From Chlamydiia bacterium (GTDB taxonomy: Bacteria; Chlamydiota; Chlamydiia; Chlamydiales; 2-12-FULL-49-11), in contig JBIKLZ010000001.1 in NCBI GenBank assembly GCA_044359535.1, positions 73,163 to 137,162 on the forward strand: 64,000 bases of DNA, read 5' to 3'. Both the position numbers and the translations under genes were made by a program. Under the pieces are notes generated by a model. It worked only from the letters and a program-made list of their open reading frames with translations, did no database searches and had not been told where the DNA came from. Positions 27,056 to 36,874 of the stretch are shown piece after piece; the stretch's first letter is position 1; each line of letters begins with the position of its first letter.

Positions 27056-27853
27056 ATGGATTCATTAAGTTCAAACAGTGGTGTTTTTGAAGTGAGGGCA
27101 GTACCATCTCTCGATATGAGAAAAAAGACGGCACAAGCTCTTTTTATTACTGGAATTGTTTTATTAGCAACAACAGTGATTGGTGGGTTAGCAATACTTA
27201 TTGTCATTGCCTCTGTAAAAAGTCTACGCACTGGATTAAAGTATGTTCTTGGGATGCAGACTAATGTTCTTCAAATGAAGGAGAAAAAGCTTATAAACTG
27301 TGGTTTAGTAGGAGAAACTGCTAGATACGAAGATAATCAAGGGCCTCAGTGGGCAAATGCCATTACTTTCATAATTAAAGATGAACAAGAGGTTCACTCA
27401 TTAATTCTTTCAGCACAAGTTACAGATGCGCAGTTAGAAGAGCTTGAAACTTTAGGAATAACAACGGTGATTGCTGTCCAAGAGGATTGGGAGCTTAATA
27501 ATAATCCAAAGAATTTACCCACACTTGCTCTTTCTTTTCCTGAAAATGTGACAAGAGATGTTCACCGGATTGCCGATCACACTACAATAGATGAAACTGG
27601 TTTAGAAACTCTTGCCGACAAAATTTCTAAGGGGCTTGAACTGGGGTCTGTCCTTGTCCACTGTAAGTCAGGTAGGGGAAGATCTGCTCAAGCAATTGTA
27701 GCTTACTTAATCAAGTATGAAGGGTTAACTCCAAAGGAAGCGATGGATAAGGTTAAAGAAGCAAGGCGGTTTGCAACATTTAGCAAAAAAACCATTAAAG
27801 TATTTGAACAATTTCATGAAAAATTAGAGCAAGGCCGATCGCACCCTTTGTAA
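27056..27853 (+). CDS. membrane-anchored dual-specificity (Cys-based) protein phosphatase
   Basis: The P-loop VLVHCKSGRGRSAQAIVAYLI (HCxxGxxRS, nt 27659-27685) is followed by TPKEAMDKVKEAR, as in DSPc domains. An N-terminal hydrophobic segment ALFITGIVLLATTVIGGLAILIVIASV follows a polar leader. Confidence 0.75.
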   Translation: MDSLSSNSGVFEVRAVPSLDMRKKTAQALFITGIVLLATTVIGGLAILIVIASVKSLRTGLKYVLGMQTNVLQMKEKKLINCGLVGETARYEDNQGPQWANAITFIIKDEQEVHSLILSAQVTDAQLEELETLGITTVIAVQEDWELNNNPKNLPTLALSFPENVTRDVHRIADHTTIDETGLETLADKISKGLELGSVLVHCKSGRGRSAQAIVAYLIKYEGLTPKEAMDKVKEARRFATFSKKTIKVFEQFHEKLEQGRSHPL

Positions 27854-29620
27854 GTCTTTTAAAGAGATTCCCTTAATAGAAAGAATGTCTTCATCTAAAG
27901 CCCCTTTAATTCCAGCAACGGATCCAAAGGCGTTGAGCAAGAGCCCCTTTTTTTTGGGGCCAATCCCTTTTATAGAGTCAAGGACAGAGGCTCTAGAGGC
28001 TTTTACTGTTTTTTTTCGATGAAAAGAAATAGCCCTTCTATGGGCTTCATCGCGGATATTTTGGAGAAGAAATAGGAGGGGGCAATGTCTATCAAAAGTG
28101 ATGGGATCGACCCTTTTTGGGATGTAGACCCGTTCTTTAGTGAGCCCTTTATCATGGCGACCCCCCTCTTTTGTGAGAGCTCTAATCTCAACATCAAGGA
28201 TATTTAACTCTTTAAGAGCCTCTTGTAAAACCCCAAGTTGCCCTTTGCCCCCATCAATAAGGATGAGATCAGGGAGATCTTGGAGTTTACTATATCTTCT
28301 TAAGATCACCTCTTTCATTAGAAAAAGGTCATCGGCATAGGTGCTTTTTTCCACATGATAATTTCTATAGGAAGATCTATCGGGGTGGGCATTTTTAAAA
28401 ACAACAATGGCAGCTACAGAATCCTTTCCCCCTAAAGAGGAGGTGTCAATACACTCAATAACTACCGGGATTTTCTTCAAGAAGAGCTTTTCCTTAAGTT
28501 CAATAAGGAGGGTTTCACAATCCACATCGCTGCTTTGCTCCCTCTCTAAAATCTCCTTTGCATTTTCTAAAGCTAAAGAGACTAATTTTTCTTTTTCCCC
28601 AATTTTAGGAAAAAGAAGGGGGATACCGATAATTGAACTTATATCCTTTTTATCAGGGAGATCTTCAGAGATATAGATAGAGGTGGGCTTATCCTCAATA
28701 GTTTCGTAGTGCTGTAAAATAAAGGCCGATAAGGTCGATGATCGATCACTTGCGATGTTGTTGAAAGAAAAGTGGATCCCATCGACAAGGAGTTTATTTC
28801 TAAAGATCAGTTTATAAATGATGCACACCCCCGATCGTAAAAGGAGTGCAAGGACATCGATATTCTCTACAGAGGTGACAGCAACAGAGTGTTTTTTTGT
28901 AAGGGACAAAAGCATCCTATGGTAGTTGCCCGCTTTTTCAAAAAGGAGATTTTTAGAGGCTAAAGAGATCTCCTCTTTTAGGTAGGCAGCCACAGAGGTG
29001 CTATCCCCTGTGATGTAGATTTTAGCCCCATGAACTAAGTCTTTATATTCCTTTTTAGATATTTTTTTTGTACAGGGAGCGCTGCATTTATCAATAGTAT
29101 GGAGGATACAGGGGCGTTTACGACTGAAAAATTCTTTATCTGAGCACGATCTAAGGTGAAAGACCCTTCGGACAATTTCAAAATGAGTTTTTGCGGTTAA
29201 ACTACTTGTGTAGGGCTGTGATAGGATAAAAGGAGCTTGATTTTTCATAGGGAATCGCTCAATAGAAATTCTTGGAAAATCGCTATCTTTATGAATGGCT
29301 AAACAGGTGTAACTTTTATCATCCTTTAAAAGGATATTATACTTAGGTTTATGCTTTTTGATTAAAGTGTTTTCTAAGATTAAGGCTTCTTTTTCAGTAA
29401 AGGTGATAAAGGTGTCAATTGTTGTCACCTTTTCAAGGAGAAAGGGGATTTGAAGACGGCTATCTTCTCTTCCTGATTGATAACTTTTCATCCTTTTTTT
29501 AATGTCTAGAGCTTTTCCAATATAAAGAATGGTCCCTTCTTTATCACGCATGAGGTAAACCCCACATTTACTAGGGATATTTCCATCAAAGGGGGAAGTT
29601 ATAGGAGGCTTTTTTTCCAT
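27824..29620 (-). CDS. uvrC: excinuclease ABC subunit C
   Basis: It has a GIY-YIG N-terminus (GVYLMRDKEGTILYIGKALDIKKRMKSY), a UvrBC-interaction region and C-terminal (HhH)2 (IKGIGPKKKGLLLNAFGS). Confidence 0.9.
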   Translation of the reverse strand: MEKKPPITSPFDGNIPSKCGVYLMRDKEGTILYIGKALDIKKRMKSYQSGREDSRLQIPFLLEKVTTIDTFITFTEKEALILENTLIKKHKPKYNILLKDDKSYTCLAIHKDSDFPRISIERFPMKNQAPFILSQPYTSSLTAKTHFEIVRRVFHLRSCSDKEFFSRKRPCILHTIDKCSAPCTKKISKKEYKDLVHGAKIYITGDSTSVAAYLKEEISLASKNLLFEKAGNYHRMLLSLTKKHSVAVTSVENIDVLALLLRSGVCIIYKLIFRNKLLVDGIHFSFNNIASDRSSTLSAFILQHYETIEDKPTSIYISEDLPDKKDISSIIGIPLLFPKIGEKEKLVSLALENAKEILEREQSSDVDCETLLIELKEKLFLKKIPVVIECIDTSSLGGKDSVAAIVVFKNAHPDRSSYRNYHVEKSTYADDLFLMKEVILRRYSKLQDLPDLILIDGGKGQLGVLQEALKELNILDVEIRALTKEGGRHDKGLTKERVYIPKRVDPITFDRHCPLLFLLQNIRDEAHRRAISFHRKKTVKASRASVLDSIKGIGPKKKGLLLNAFGSVAGIKGALDEDILSIKGISLKDLQRVRSALL

Positions 29621-32124
29621 CGGACTAAAGTTTGTAGCGCTTCAAAGGGGGTAAGATGGTCAGGATTGATCCCTTCAAGTTCCCCTATGATAGGATCTTT
29701 TGCCTCTTCTGTAAATAGGGTATATTGATGGATCAAAGGCTCTTTCTTTTTTACAAGCTCTTTGGGGATAGAGCTTTTTTTTAGATGTTCTTTTGCTTCT
29801 AAAATGACCCCTCTTGGAAGACCGGCTAGTTCGCCAACAAAGATCCCGTAGCTTTGATCGGCTTGTCCCTCTTCAATGGTGTGTAAAAAAGTGACAACAC
29901 CCCCTTTTTCTGAAACAGCCGATCGGATATTTTTTACATCGATAGACTCTTGAGCAAGAGAGGTGAGTTCAAGATAATGGGTGGCAAAAAGGGTTTTTGC
30001 TCCAATTTCTTTTACAATGTAGTGGGCAATACTTTTTGCTAAGGCAATCCCATCGACAGTACTTGTCCCCCTCCCAATTTCATCAAGGATAATTAAAGAT
30101 TTTGAAGTGGCGTTACGCAAGATATTAGCTGTCTCTGTCATCTCTACCATGAATGTGGACTGCCCCCTTTGCAAATCATCAAGGGCCCCAATTCTTGTAA
30201 AAATTTTATCAACAATCCCCATGGTAGCTTCCTGCGCAGGGATAAAAGAGCCTATTTGAGCAAGGATAGACAACAGGGCCACGGATTTAATATAGGTGGA
30301 TTTACCCGCCATATTTGGGCCTGTAAGGATAAGCATCTGTCGATCCTTATTAAAATCGATGTTATTTGGGATAAAAGCCCCTCGTTTCATCGTTTTTAAT
30401 AAAATAGGGTGAGATCCGTTAATAATATGAAAAGCATTTTCATCTGTGATGCAAGGACAGATATAGCCCTTTGATAGAGCTATAGTTTTTAGTGAGTGGA
30501 GAAAATCAATGTATGCGATGCATTGTGCTGAAAATAAAATCTCCTTTTTATAAAACAGACAAAGGGTAAAGAGTTTATTGAGTTCCTCTTGTTCAAGAAA
30601 AAGGGCCTGATCTTTAGCAGAAAGAATTTCTTGCTCAAGTTGTACTAATTCTGAAGTGACAAAACGTTCTGTATTGACAAGGGTTTGCTTTCTTTGGTAG
30701 GAAGGGGGGACTAAATGGGCTGATTTGCTCGAAACCTCAATGAAATAGCCAAAAGATCGACTATGCCCTATTTTTAATGTTTTGATCCCAAGGGTCTGTT
30801 TTGATTGTTCTTCGTACGATTTGATGAGCAAAGAGGCGTTTGTTTCTACCAACTTAATCCGATCAAGGGTTGGATTGACCCCTTTAGCAATAAAGTAGTC
30901 TGTATGATCAAGGGATAGGGTGTTTAAAATTGTTGAAGCAAGGGGAAAATCACTATACCCATCTGTTAGGGCCGATAGGGATGAAGGAAGTTTTTTGATG
31001 ATTTTTGGAAGCTGCACTAACGAATTTGCTAAAAGGATAAGATCAAGTGGGGATCCTTTTTTTCGAGCAATGGTTGTCATAAGGCGTTCGATATCTTTAA
31101 TAGGAGAAAGCTCAGCTGAAAGATCGATCGATTTTTCTAAAAAAGTGGCTACACACTTTTGTCTGAAAAGGATCTTTTCTCTATCAATAAGGGGGTAAAA
31201 TAGGGCCCTTTTTAGATAGCGCTCTCCAAGGGAGGTGTGAGTAAAATTAATCGTCTTAAAAAGGGAGCTTCCTGAGGGGCTATGAAACACTTCTAGATGG
31301 GCTAAAGTAGTTGGATCAAGGGATAAACAGGTGGCCGTTTCTTGCTTTTTAAAAGTAGTAATGACACTTGTATCAAAAAAAATGTGATTTTCTAAGTAGG
31401 TTAAAAGGGCTCCACAGGCATTGATAGCCGATAAATCCCCCTTTAATCCAAAGCCATCTAAAGAAGAAACGTTTAAATGGCGATGAAGCTTTTCTACACA
31501 CATTTTATGATCAAAATAGAAGGGATCAATAGGAATCATCTTTCCGTTGAAAGATTCTTTTATATCGTCTAAAAATGACGGGGGAGAGGAAATAAGTTTT
31601 GAAGAAACTAAAAGTTCCTTGGGCATCACTCGTAGAAGTTCTTCCTTCATCTTATTGACATCTAAAAAAGTAGAGAAAAAAAACTCAGCAGTAGAGGTGT
31701 CGGTATAAGCTATAGAGTAGGATTGATTAAGAAAGCAAAGGGATAGAAGAAATCTATTGGATCCAGAATTTTGATCCCTTTTACTAGTAAAAGTCGATGG
31801 GGTCTCTACCCTTGTGACCTTTCGCTTAACAATCCCTTTTCCCTCAAAAGAAGGCTCCATTTGCTCAGCAATAGCCACCCTCAACCCTTTATCGATTAAT
31901 TTTTCAAGGGAGGTTTCCAAAGAAACTGCTGGGATTCCAGCCATTGGAATAGTGCCCCGCTTAGTAAGAACGATGGATAATGTTTCAGATAACAGTTGCG
32001 CATCCTCATAAAATGCTTCATAAAAATCTCCTAGCCTAAAAAGAAGGAGGGAATCTTGAGCCTGCTTTTTACATTCGTCCCATTGCTTCATCATTGGGGT
32101 GGTTTCTTTAACTGGATCGATCAT
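29599..32124 (-). CDS. mutS: DNA mismatch repair protein MutS
   Basis: TPMMKQW...LLLFRLGDFYEAF at the N-terminus, Walker A TGPNMAGKSTYI, STFMVEM, DEIGRGTST and THY are present. The start is set at ATG 32124 (MIDPVKETTPMMKQW). Confidence 0.95.
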   Translation of the reverse strand: MIDPVKETTPMMKQWDECKKQAQDSLLLFRLGDFYEAFYEDAQLLSETLSIVLTKRGTIPMAGIPAVSLETSLEKLIDKGLRVAIAEQMEPSFEGKGIVKRKVTRVETPSTFTSKRDQNSGSNRFLLSLCFLNQSYSIAYTDTSTAEFFFSTFLDVNKMKEELLRVMPKELLVSSKLISSPPSFLDDIKESFNGKMIPIDPFYFDHKMCVEKLHRHLNVSSLDGFGLKGDLSAINACGALLTYLENHIFFDTSVITTFKKQETATCLSLDPTTLAHLEVFHSPSGSSLFKTINFTHTSLGERYLKRALFYPLIDREKILFRQKCVATFLEKSIDLSAELSPIKDIERLMTTIARKKGSPLDLILLANSLVQLPKIIKKLPSSLSALTDGYSDFPLASTILNTLSLDHTDYFIAKGVNPTLDRIKLVETNASLLIKSYEEQSKQTLGIKTLKIGHSRSFGYFIEVSSKSAHLVPPSYQRKQTLVNTERFVTSELVQLEQEILSAKDQALFLEQEELNKLFTLCLFYKKEILFSAQCIAYIDFLHSLKTIALSKGYICPCITDENAFHIINGSHPILLKTMKRGAFIPNNIDFNKDRQMLILTGPNMAGKSTYIKSVALLSILAQIGSFIPAQEATMGIVDKIFTRIGALDDLQRGQSTFMVEMTETANILRNATSKSLIILDEIGRGTSTVDGIALAKSIAHYIVKEIGAKTLFATHYLELTSLAQESIDVKNIRSAVSEKGGVVTFLHTIEEGQADQSYGIFVGELAGLPRGVILEAKEHLKKSSIPKELVKKKEPLIHQYTLFTEEAKDPIIGELEGINPDHLTPFEALQTLVRWKKSLL

Positions 32125-32503
32125 GAGCTTTAACTTTGTTGATAAGACTTTTAAGGGCAGGGTTTGCAGGTTGACAGGCTTTATCAAGACTTTGTTGCTC
32201 GATATCTTGTATTGCCTTTTTAACCCATAGTTTTCTACTTTCAGGGGTACTGCACCTAAAAGTTTCTTTGAGATCTTTTAATAAATCTATTAATGGAAGC
32301 ATTTTTGCCATCCATTTTTTTGTTTCATAATCATTATTTGTTTTCGATAAAATGGTTAAGTCTGTCAATATCTCAGAGAGAATTTTTTCAGGACTTAAGG
32401 GTTGCTCTTCAGGAAAAGAAACTCTTCTAGTTAAAGGGGTTATTCCCTTGTTTTCGATAGCATATACATACCTTTTAAAACCATGTGAATCCATTGTGCC
32501 CAT
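32108..32503 (-). CDS. hypothetical protein
   Basis: This 131-aa ORF lies upstream of mutS with a 17-nt overlap. No motif was recognised, and coding is supported only by length and position. Confidence 0.4.
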   Translation of the reverse strand: MGTMDSHGFKRYVYAIENKGITPLTRRVSFPEEQPLSPEKILSEILTDLTILSKTNNDYETKKWMAKMLPLIDLLKDLKETFRCSTPESRKLWVKKAIQDIEQQSLDKACQPANPALKSLINKVKAHDRSS

Positions 32504-32586
32504 AACATCCTACTATATAAGAATATTAGTTTTTGTTAAAGAAAAATCGAATAGACTTTCTCCATATTTTTTGCTACTATTAGCTT

Positions 32587-34341
32587 ATGCCTTTATTGAC
32601 AAAAGATTGCCTAGAAAGATTAAGAGAAAGAATAGATCTTGCTGAAATAGTAGGCTCACATATTGAGCTTAAAAAAGCAGGGGGAAAAATCAAAGCTTTG
32701 TGCCCTTTTCACAATGAAAAATCACCCTCTTTTACAGTTTCATCGGGAGATAGTCACTATCATTGTTTTGGATGTGGAGCTCATGGGGATGCAATTGCCT
32801 TTTTAATGCACTATTTAGGGATTAGTTTTAATGAGGCTGTAGAATATTTAGCCAATAGATATGGGATTGCCCTTGAATATACAGGCAAAAGCGAGGGCCC
32901 TTTTGAGAATAAAAGGGAGTTGTATGGAATCAACGCTTTGGTGATGGATTTTTTTCATTTTCATTTACTTTATAGTGAGGAGGGGAAAGGGGCTCTTCAA
33001 TATTTGTTTAAAAGGGGGATTTCTGAAGAGTTTATCAAGGAGTTTAAAATAGGGTATGCCCCAAAAGGGGAGCAGTTTCAAAAGGCTTTTTATAAAAGTG
33101 AAAGGTTTTCTGAAGAGAACTTAGTAAAAGTGGGTCTTTTATCTGAAAGCACTAAACGCCCCTTTTTTTCTGAAAGGGTGATGTTTCCTATTCATGATGG
33201 GTTAGGCAACGTGATTGGTTTTTCAGGGAGAAAAATTGATGAAGGGGTGTTTGGGGGAAAGTATATAAATACACGTGAAACTGTGTTTTTTAAAAAATCA
33301 CGTATTCTATTTGGATTAAACTACAGCCGAAGAAAGATCGCAAAAAAAGGAAAAGTGATCTGCGTTGAAGGGCAAATAGATGCTTTAAGACTTATTTTTG
33401 AAGGGTTTGACAACGTAGTTGCCTCTCAAGGAACTGCTTTTGGACAAGAGCATGTTCAGGAGTTGATGAAACTGGGGATTAAAGAGGTGATTCTTTGTTT
33501 TGATGGGGATGAAGCAGGGATTGCATCAGCTATCAAAGTGGGACAGATCTTTCAAATTGAAGGGATAGAAGTGTTTATCTGCAGTTTTCCGGAAAAGATG
33601 GATCCAGATAGCTTTCTTTTAGAATATGGAAAAGACGCTTTTGAAACATTTTTGGAAACAAAAGCCCCGTTTCTTAATTTTTTAATAAAAACCCTCTCTG
33701 ACGGGGGAAAAGCTGATACCCCAGCGGGAAAAAATGGGGTGGTCTTTTATGTAAAAAAGAAAATTTCAGAGTGGAAACACCCTGTGATGATTCATGAAGG
33801 GGAAAAAACCCTTGCACGGCTTATGAAAGTTCCTGAAAAATATATTGTCACTTCCCAAAAGGAAGGGCTCCCTGCTGTGAGAAAAACAGAACATGGGGCT
33901 ATAGACCCTTTAGAGTGTGATTTGATACGATGGCTTATTCTTTTAGTTGAACCCTTTTTGATCGATATAATTATGGATACAGTGGATGTTCAATGGATAG
34001 AGGATTTGAAGGTTGCAAGGATTTATGAAATTGCCAAAACCTTGTATGAAGAGGGGAAAAAGATCGATTTGTTGAATGTAGGGATCTATTTGGATGAGGA
34101 AGGGATAGCATTTTTAGAAGAATTGCAAAAAAAGAGGATGAATGTAGGAAAAGCCGAAGAAGGGGTGAGGTTGCTTTGTCAAAAACTTATTGATAGAGAG
34201 GTAAATAAACAAACCGACTCTATTAAAAAAAGAATTCAACAGGGAAACCTGTCGGAAGAAGAGAGCTTTGCCTTGGCTAAAGAATTTGATGCGATAAAAA
34301 AGAATAGAAAAAATATACTTAAATTAACGGAGAAAGGATGA
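32587..34341 (+). CDS. dnaG: DNA primase
   Basis: It has the zinc ribbon CPFHNEKSPSFTVSSGDSHYHCFGCGAHGDAIAF and TOPRIM motifs (VEGQIDAL, CFDGDEAG). Confidence 0.95.
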   Translation: MPLLTKDCLERLRERIDLAEIVGSHIELKKAGGKIKALCPFHNEKSPSFTVSSGDSHYHCFGCGAHGDAIAFLMHYLGISFNEAVEYLANRYGIALEYTGKSEGPFENKRELYGINALVMDFFHFHLLYSEEGKGALQYLFKRGISEEFIKEFKIGYAPKGEQFQKAFYKSERFSEENLVKVGLLSESTKRPFFSERVMFPIHDGLGNVIGFSGRKIDEGVFGGKYINTRETVFFKKSRILFGLNYSRRKIAKKGKVICVEGQIDALRLIFEGFDNVVASQGTAFGQEHVQELMKLGIKEVILCFDGDEAGIASAIKVGQIFQIEGIEVFICSFPEKMDPDSFLLEYGKDAFETFLETKAPFLNFLIKTLSDGGKADTPAGKNGVVFYVKKKISEWKHPVMIHEGEKTLARLMKVPEKYIVTSQKEGLPAVRKTEHGAIDPLECDLIRWLILLVEPFLIDIIMDTVDVQWIEDLKVARIYEIAKTLYEEGKKIDLLNVGIYLDEEGIAFLEELQKKRMNVGKAEEGVRLLCQKLIDREVNKQTDSIKKRIQQGNLSEEESFALAKEFDAIKKNRKNILKLTEKG

Positions 34342-34682
34342 AACGATTATTTTATGATACTAGCTGCCCAGCATGTAAACAAGTGATACGAAAGATTGAA
34401 TCGTTGAATGGAAAAAAAATGTTTATGATATCTTCCTTAGATGGGAAAAAAGCAAAACTTATTTTTCAAGGAAACTATAGTTTTTTGAGAAAGAAAAATT
34501 CAAAGATGATTATTGTAGATGGTCAAAAGGTGTGGATTAAGGGAAATGCGATGCTTAGGCCTTTTTGGCTGATTGGGGGGCGCTGGAAGGCTATTGGAAT
34601 TTTTTCTTTTATTCCAGGGTTTTTACTTTCCCCTTTTATTGCTCTATGGTCGAAGAGCTTGAGTTTTTTTCAAAAAAAATAG
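34338..34682 (+). CDS. DCC1-like thiol-disulfide oxidoreductase (DUF393) family protein
   Basis: The N-terminus LFYDTSCPACKQVIRKI fits the YDGxCxLC signature. It is small with a hydrophobic C-terminus and overlaps dnaG by ATGA. Confidence 0.5.
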   Translation: MKRLFYDTSCPACKQVIRKIESLNGKKMFMISSLDGKKAKLIFQGNYSFLRKKNSKMIIVDGQKVWIKGNAMLRPFWLIGGRWKAIGIFSFIPGFLLSPFIALWSKSLSFFQKK

Positions 34683-34706
34683 GAAAAAGTTTTAATAAAA
34701 ACTATT

Positions 34707-35303
34707 TTAGGTGGGTTGTATTGAGGCTTTGATATCATTTCTATGAATATAAAGATATTCTAACCCCGAAAGGATGGTGTAGGCAGCTGTTAAAGTAATT
34801 ATCCAAAGGGAAGTTTTTTGAAGCATCAGAAGGGATATATAGCCTAATGAATAGGGGATCATCATCAAAATGATAAGGATTGTAGCCACCGCTTGAAAGA
34901 CAGCTTTTAGTTTTCCTGAAAGTCTAGCAGCAAGGGCGTGACCATTTAATGCACAAAGGGTTCTAAGGGTTGAGATGATAATTTCTCTAAAAACAAAAAG
35001 GAGGGTTAAAAGCATGGGGAGTTGAATAATCCCTTGAGTAAAGGTGAGCAATACAGAAAGTCTTACGATGCTATCGGCCATGGGGTCTATAATTTTCCCT
35101 AGATTTGTTACTTGGTTGGTTTTTCTTGCAACAAGGCCATCGAAAATATCTGTTAGCTCAAGAATGATCACTAAGCCTAAAAGGATATAGGGGAGGACCA
35201 CAAGGGGGATAGACATCTTTTCATAAAATAAATAAATGACAAGAAATAGAGGGCAAAGGGCTACTCGACTAAGAGTAATGATGAGGGGGGCTTGGCGTAT
35301 CAT
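34707..35303 (-). CDS. pgsA: CDP-diacylglycerol--glycerol-3-phosphate 3-phosphatidyltransferase
   Basis: The CDP-alcohol phosphatidyltransferase motif is DIFDGLVARKTNQVTNLGKIIDPMAD. ATG 35303 is preferred, and the track start is TTG 35357. Confidence 0.85.
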   Translation of the reverse strand: MIRQAPLIITLSRVALCPLFLVIYLFYEKMSIPLVVLPYILLGLVIILELTDIFDGLVARKTNQVTNLGKIIDPMADSIVRLSVLLTFTQGIIQLPMLLTLLFVFREIIISTLRTLCALNGHALAARLSGKLKAVFQAVATILIILMMIPYSLGYISLLMLQKTSLWIITLTAAYTILSGLEYLYIHRNDIKASIQPT

Positions 35304-35783
35304 GATTAAAAATAGGGTTCTTAAATCTATGATAGCTTTGATCCCTATTAATTTCAAGATGACAAGTGAAGAGGAAATTTGATTTTAAAAAAAACTTTAA
35401 GCTCTATTTTTGAGAAGTAGACCCCAACATCTGGAAGTGCGATAGATTATCATAGAAATATACAGACGTAAGTGTTAAGTGAAGAGCTCTTAAATCTATA
35501 ATGGACCTTACTTGATAAATAAGCTCCAAGGGGAAACTTCAATCGACTAATTAAAATCATTTGAAATTTAAAAAAATATTATAAAACGACATTTTTTAAA
35601 TCGTTGAATATCAATCGTATAGGTTTATGTAGTAAGAAGTCTTGCCACTGCATGAATGCCTTTTTTATAGTTAGAAGGATTTTTTATAAAGAAAATTTAT
35701 AATTATTTTATAATTGAAACAAAATGATCAATCGCATATAATTTATCTTAGTTATAAAAAAGATAGACAAAAGGAGAGAAAAA

Positions 35784-36485
35784 ATGAGTAATTTAACTGT
35801 ATCGCCTTCGAATGTCCAAGGACAAAATGAACTCACAAAGAGAGATTCCCAAACAATGAGTCCAAAATCCATATGGGGGATTGTCGTTGTGGTACTGGCG
35901 GTTTTAGGAGCTGGAGCGGCATTGGTACTTTCAGTGGGATTTGCAATGATTCTTGCAGGAGTAGTAGTAGGAGTTGTTGCCCTTGTTATGGGAGTAGTTG
36001 GAGCAGCGTTGCTTATTAGTGAAAGAGTAAAAACAAGAGAACCCTTAGGATCATCAGAAGCACCAGCACAATTAACTCAACAACCCGCAGCACCAGCACC
36101 ATCAACTCAACAATCCGCAGCACCAGCACCAGCACCAGCACCAGCACCAGCAAAGAAACCACTTAATCCACAAGGAAAAATGGGGATTACCGATGCAGAG
36201 ATAATGAAGGGAAAGGATCGATTAAGAGAATGCAAGCAGACAACAAATGAAAATGAGAAAGAAAGTCATATTGAAAGTAAGACAGAGGCCCCTGAAAGTA
36301 AGACAGAGGCCCCTGAAAGAAAGCAAGAGTCCATCGAAACACTGATGCGAAGAAGGAGAGATCAGATGGGTGTCGATCCTTCAGGTGTCTATGATGGTTC
36401 AGGTTCAGGTTCAGGTTCAGATTCAAATTCAAATTCAAATTCAAATTCAAATTCAAATTCAGATTCAGAATGGGGAAATGACTAA
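35784..36485 (+). CDS. Inc-like membrane protein with low-complexity repeat tail
   Basis: An AAGGAG RBS precedes it. A polar ~30-aa leader is followed by a ~50-aa hydrophobic block (IWGIVVVVLAVLGAGAALVLSVGFAMILAGVVVGVVALVMGVVGAALLI). Repeats follow: PA-rich, ESKTEAP x2 and GS/NS dipeptides. Confidence 0.6.
   Translation: MSNLTVSPSNVQGQNELTKRDSQTMSPKSIWGIVVVVLAVLGAGAALVLSVGFAMILAGVVVGVVALVMGVVGAALLISERVKTREPLGSSEAPAQLTQQPAAPAPSTQQSAAPAPAPAPAPAKKPLNPQGKMGITDAEIMKGKDRLRECKQTTNENEKESHIESKTEAPESKTEAPERKQESIETLMRRRRDQMGVDPSGVYDGSGSGSGSDSNSNSNSNSNSNSDSEWGND
36072..36152. repeat. 30-nt imperfect tandem duplication followed by (GCACCA)x5 hexanucleotide repeat
   Basis: TTAACTCAACAACCCGCAGCACCAGCACCA (36072-36101) is followed by TCAACTCAACAATCCGCAGCACCAGCACCA (36102-36131). 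This runs into GCACCA x5 (36120-36149). The region encodes TQQPAAPAP/STQQSAAPAPAPAPAPA. Confidence 0.9.
36273..36314. repeat. perfect 21-nt tandem repeat x2
   Basis: GAAAGTAAGACAGAGGCCCCT occurs at 36273-36293 and 36294-36314, followed by a degenerate third copy. It encodes ESKTEAP twice. Confidence 0.95.
36396..36467. repeat. hexanucleotide microsatellite, 12 units (GGTTCA x4, GATTCA, AATTCA x6, GATTCA)
   Basis: Read directly from the sequence, this encodes GSGSGSGSDSNSNSNSNSNSNSDS at the C-terminus of the Inc-like protein. Confidence 0.95.
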
Positions 36486-36559
36486 GAGTCTTGGAGTTTA
36501 AAAGATAGTACTTAGCTACCGTATAATTTTATAAAATTAAAAATTTGAATGGAGAATAA

Positions 36560-36838
36560 ATGGCAATAGCAGGAAAATCGAAAAATTATCAAGATCCGTC
36601 TCTGTATAGATGGCCTGAATCTAAAATAAAGCCTTATGAAATCCCTGGAATTCTATCTTTGAGTGCTGTTTCTTTTGGAGTGATAGGTCTATGCGTTGGA
36701 ATAGCTGCAGGTATTGTTTCAGTTGTAGGTGTGGTCTTTATTGCGACAGTTCTTGGGATTGTAGCAGGGGTCCTTTGCGGCGTTGGAATAATACTATTTA
36801 TTGCAGCAGCAATTAAAAAAAAGCATCTTAATTCATGA
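36560..36838 (+). CDS. small Inc-like membrane protein
   Basis: A GGAG RBS precedes it. A 27-aa polar leader is followed by a ~58-aa continuous hydrophobic block (ILSLSAVSFGVIGLCVGIAAGIVSVVGVVFIATVLGIVAGVLCGVGIILFIAAAI). Confidence 0.5.
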   Translation: MAIAGKSKNYQDPSLYRWPESKIKPYEIPGILSLSAVSFGVIGLCVGIAAGIVSVVGVVFIATVLGIVAGVLCGVGIILFIAAAIKKKHLNS

Positions 36839-36874
36839 AACAATTATTCATAATTAATTTATAAGGAGAAAAGC

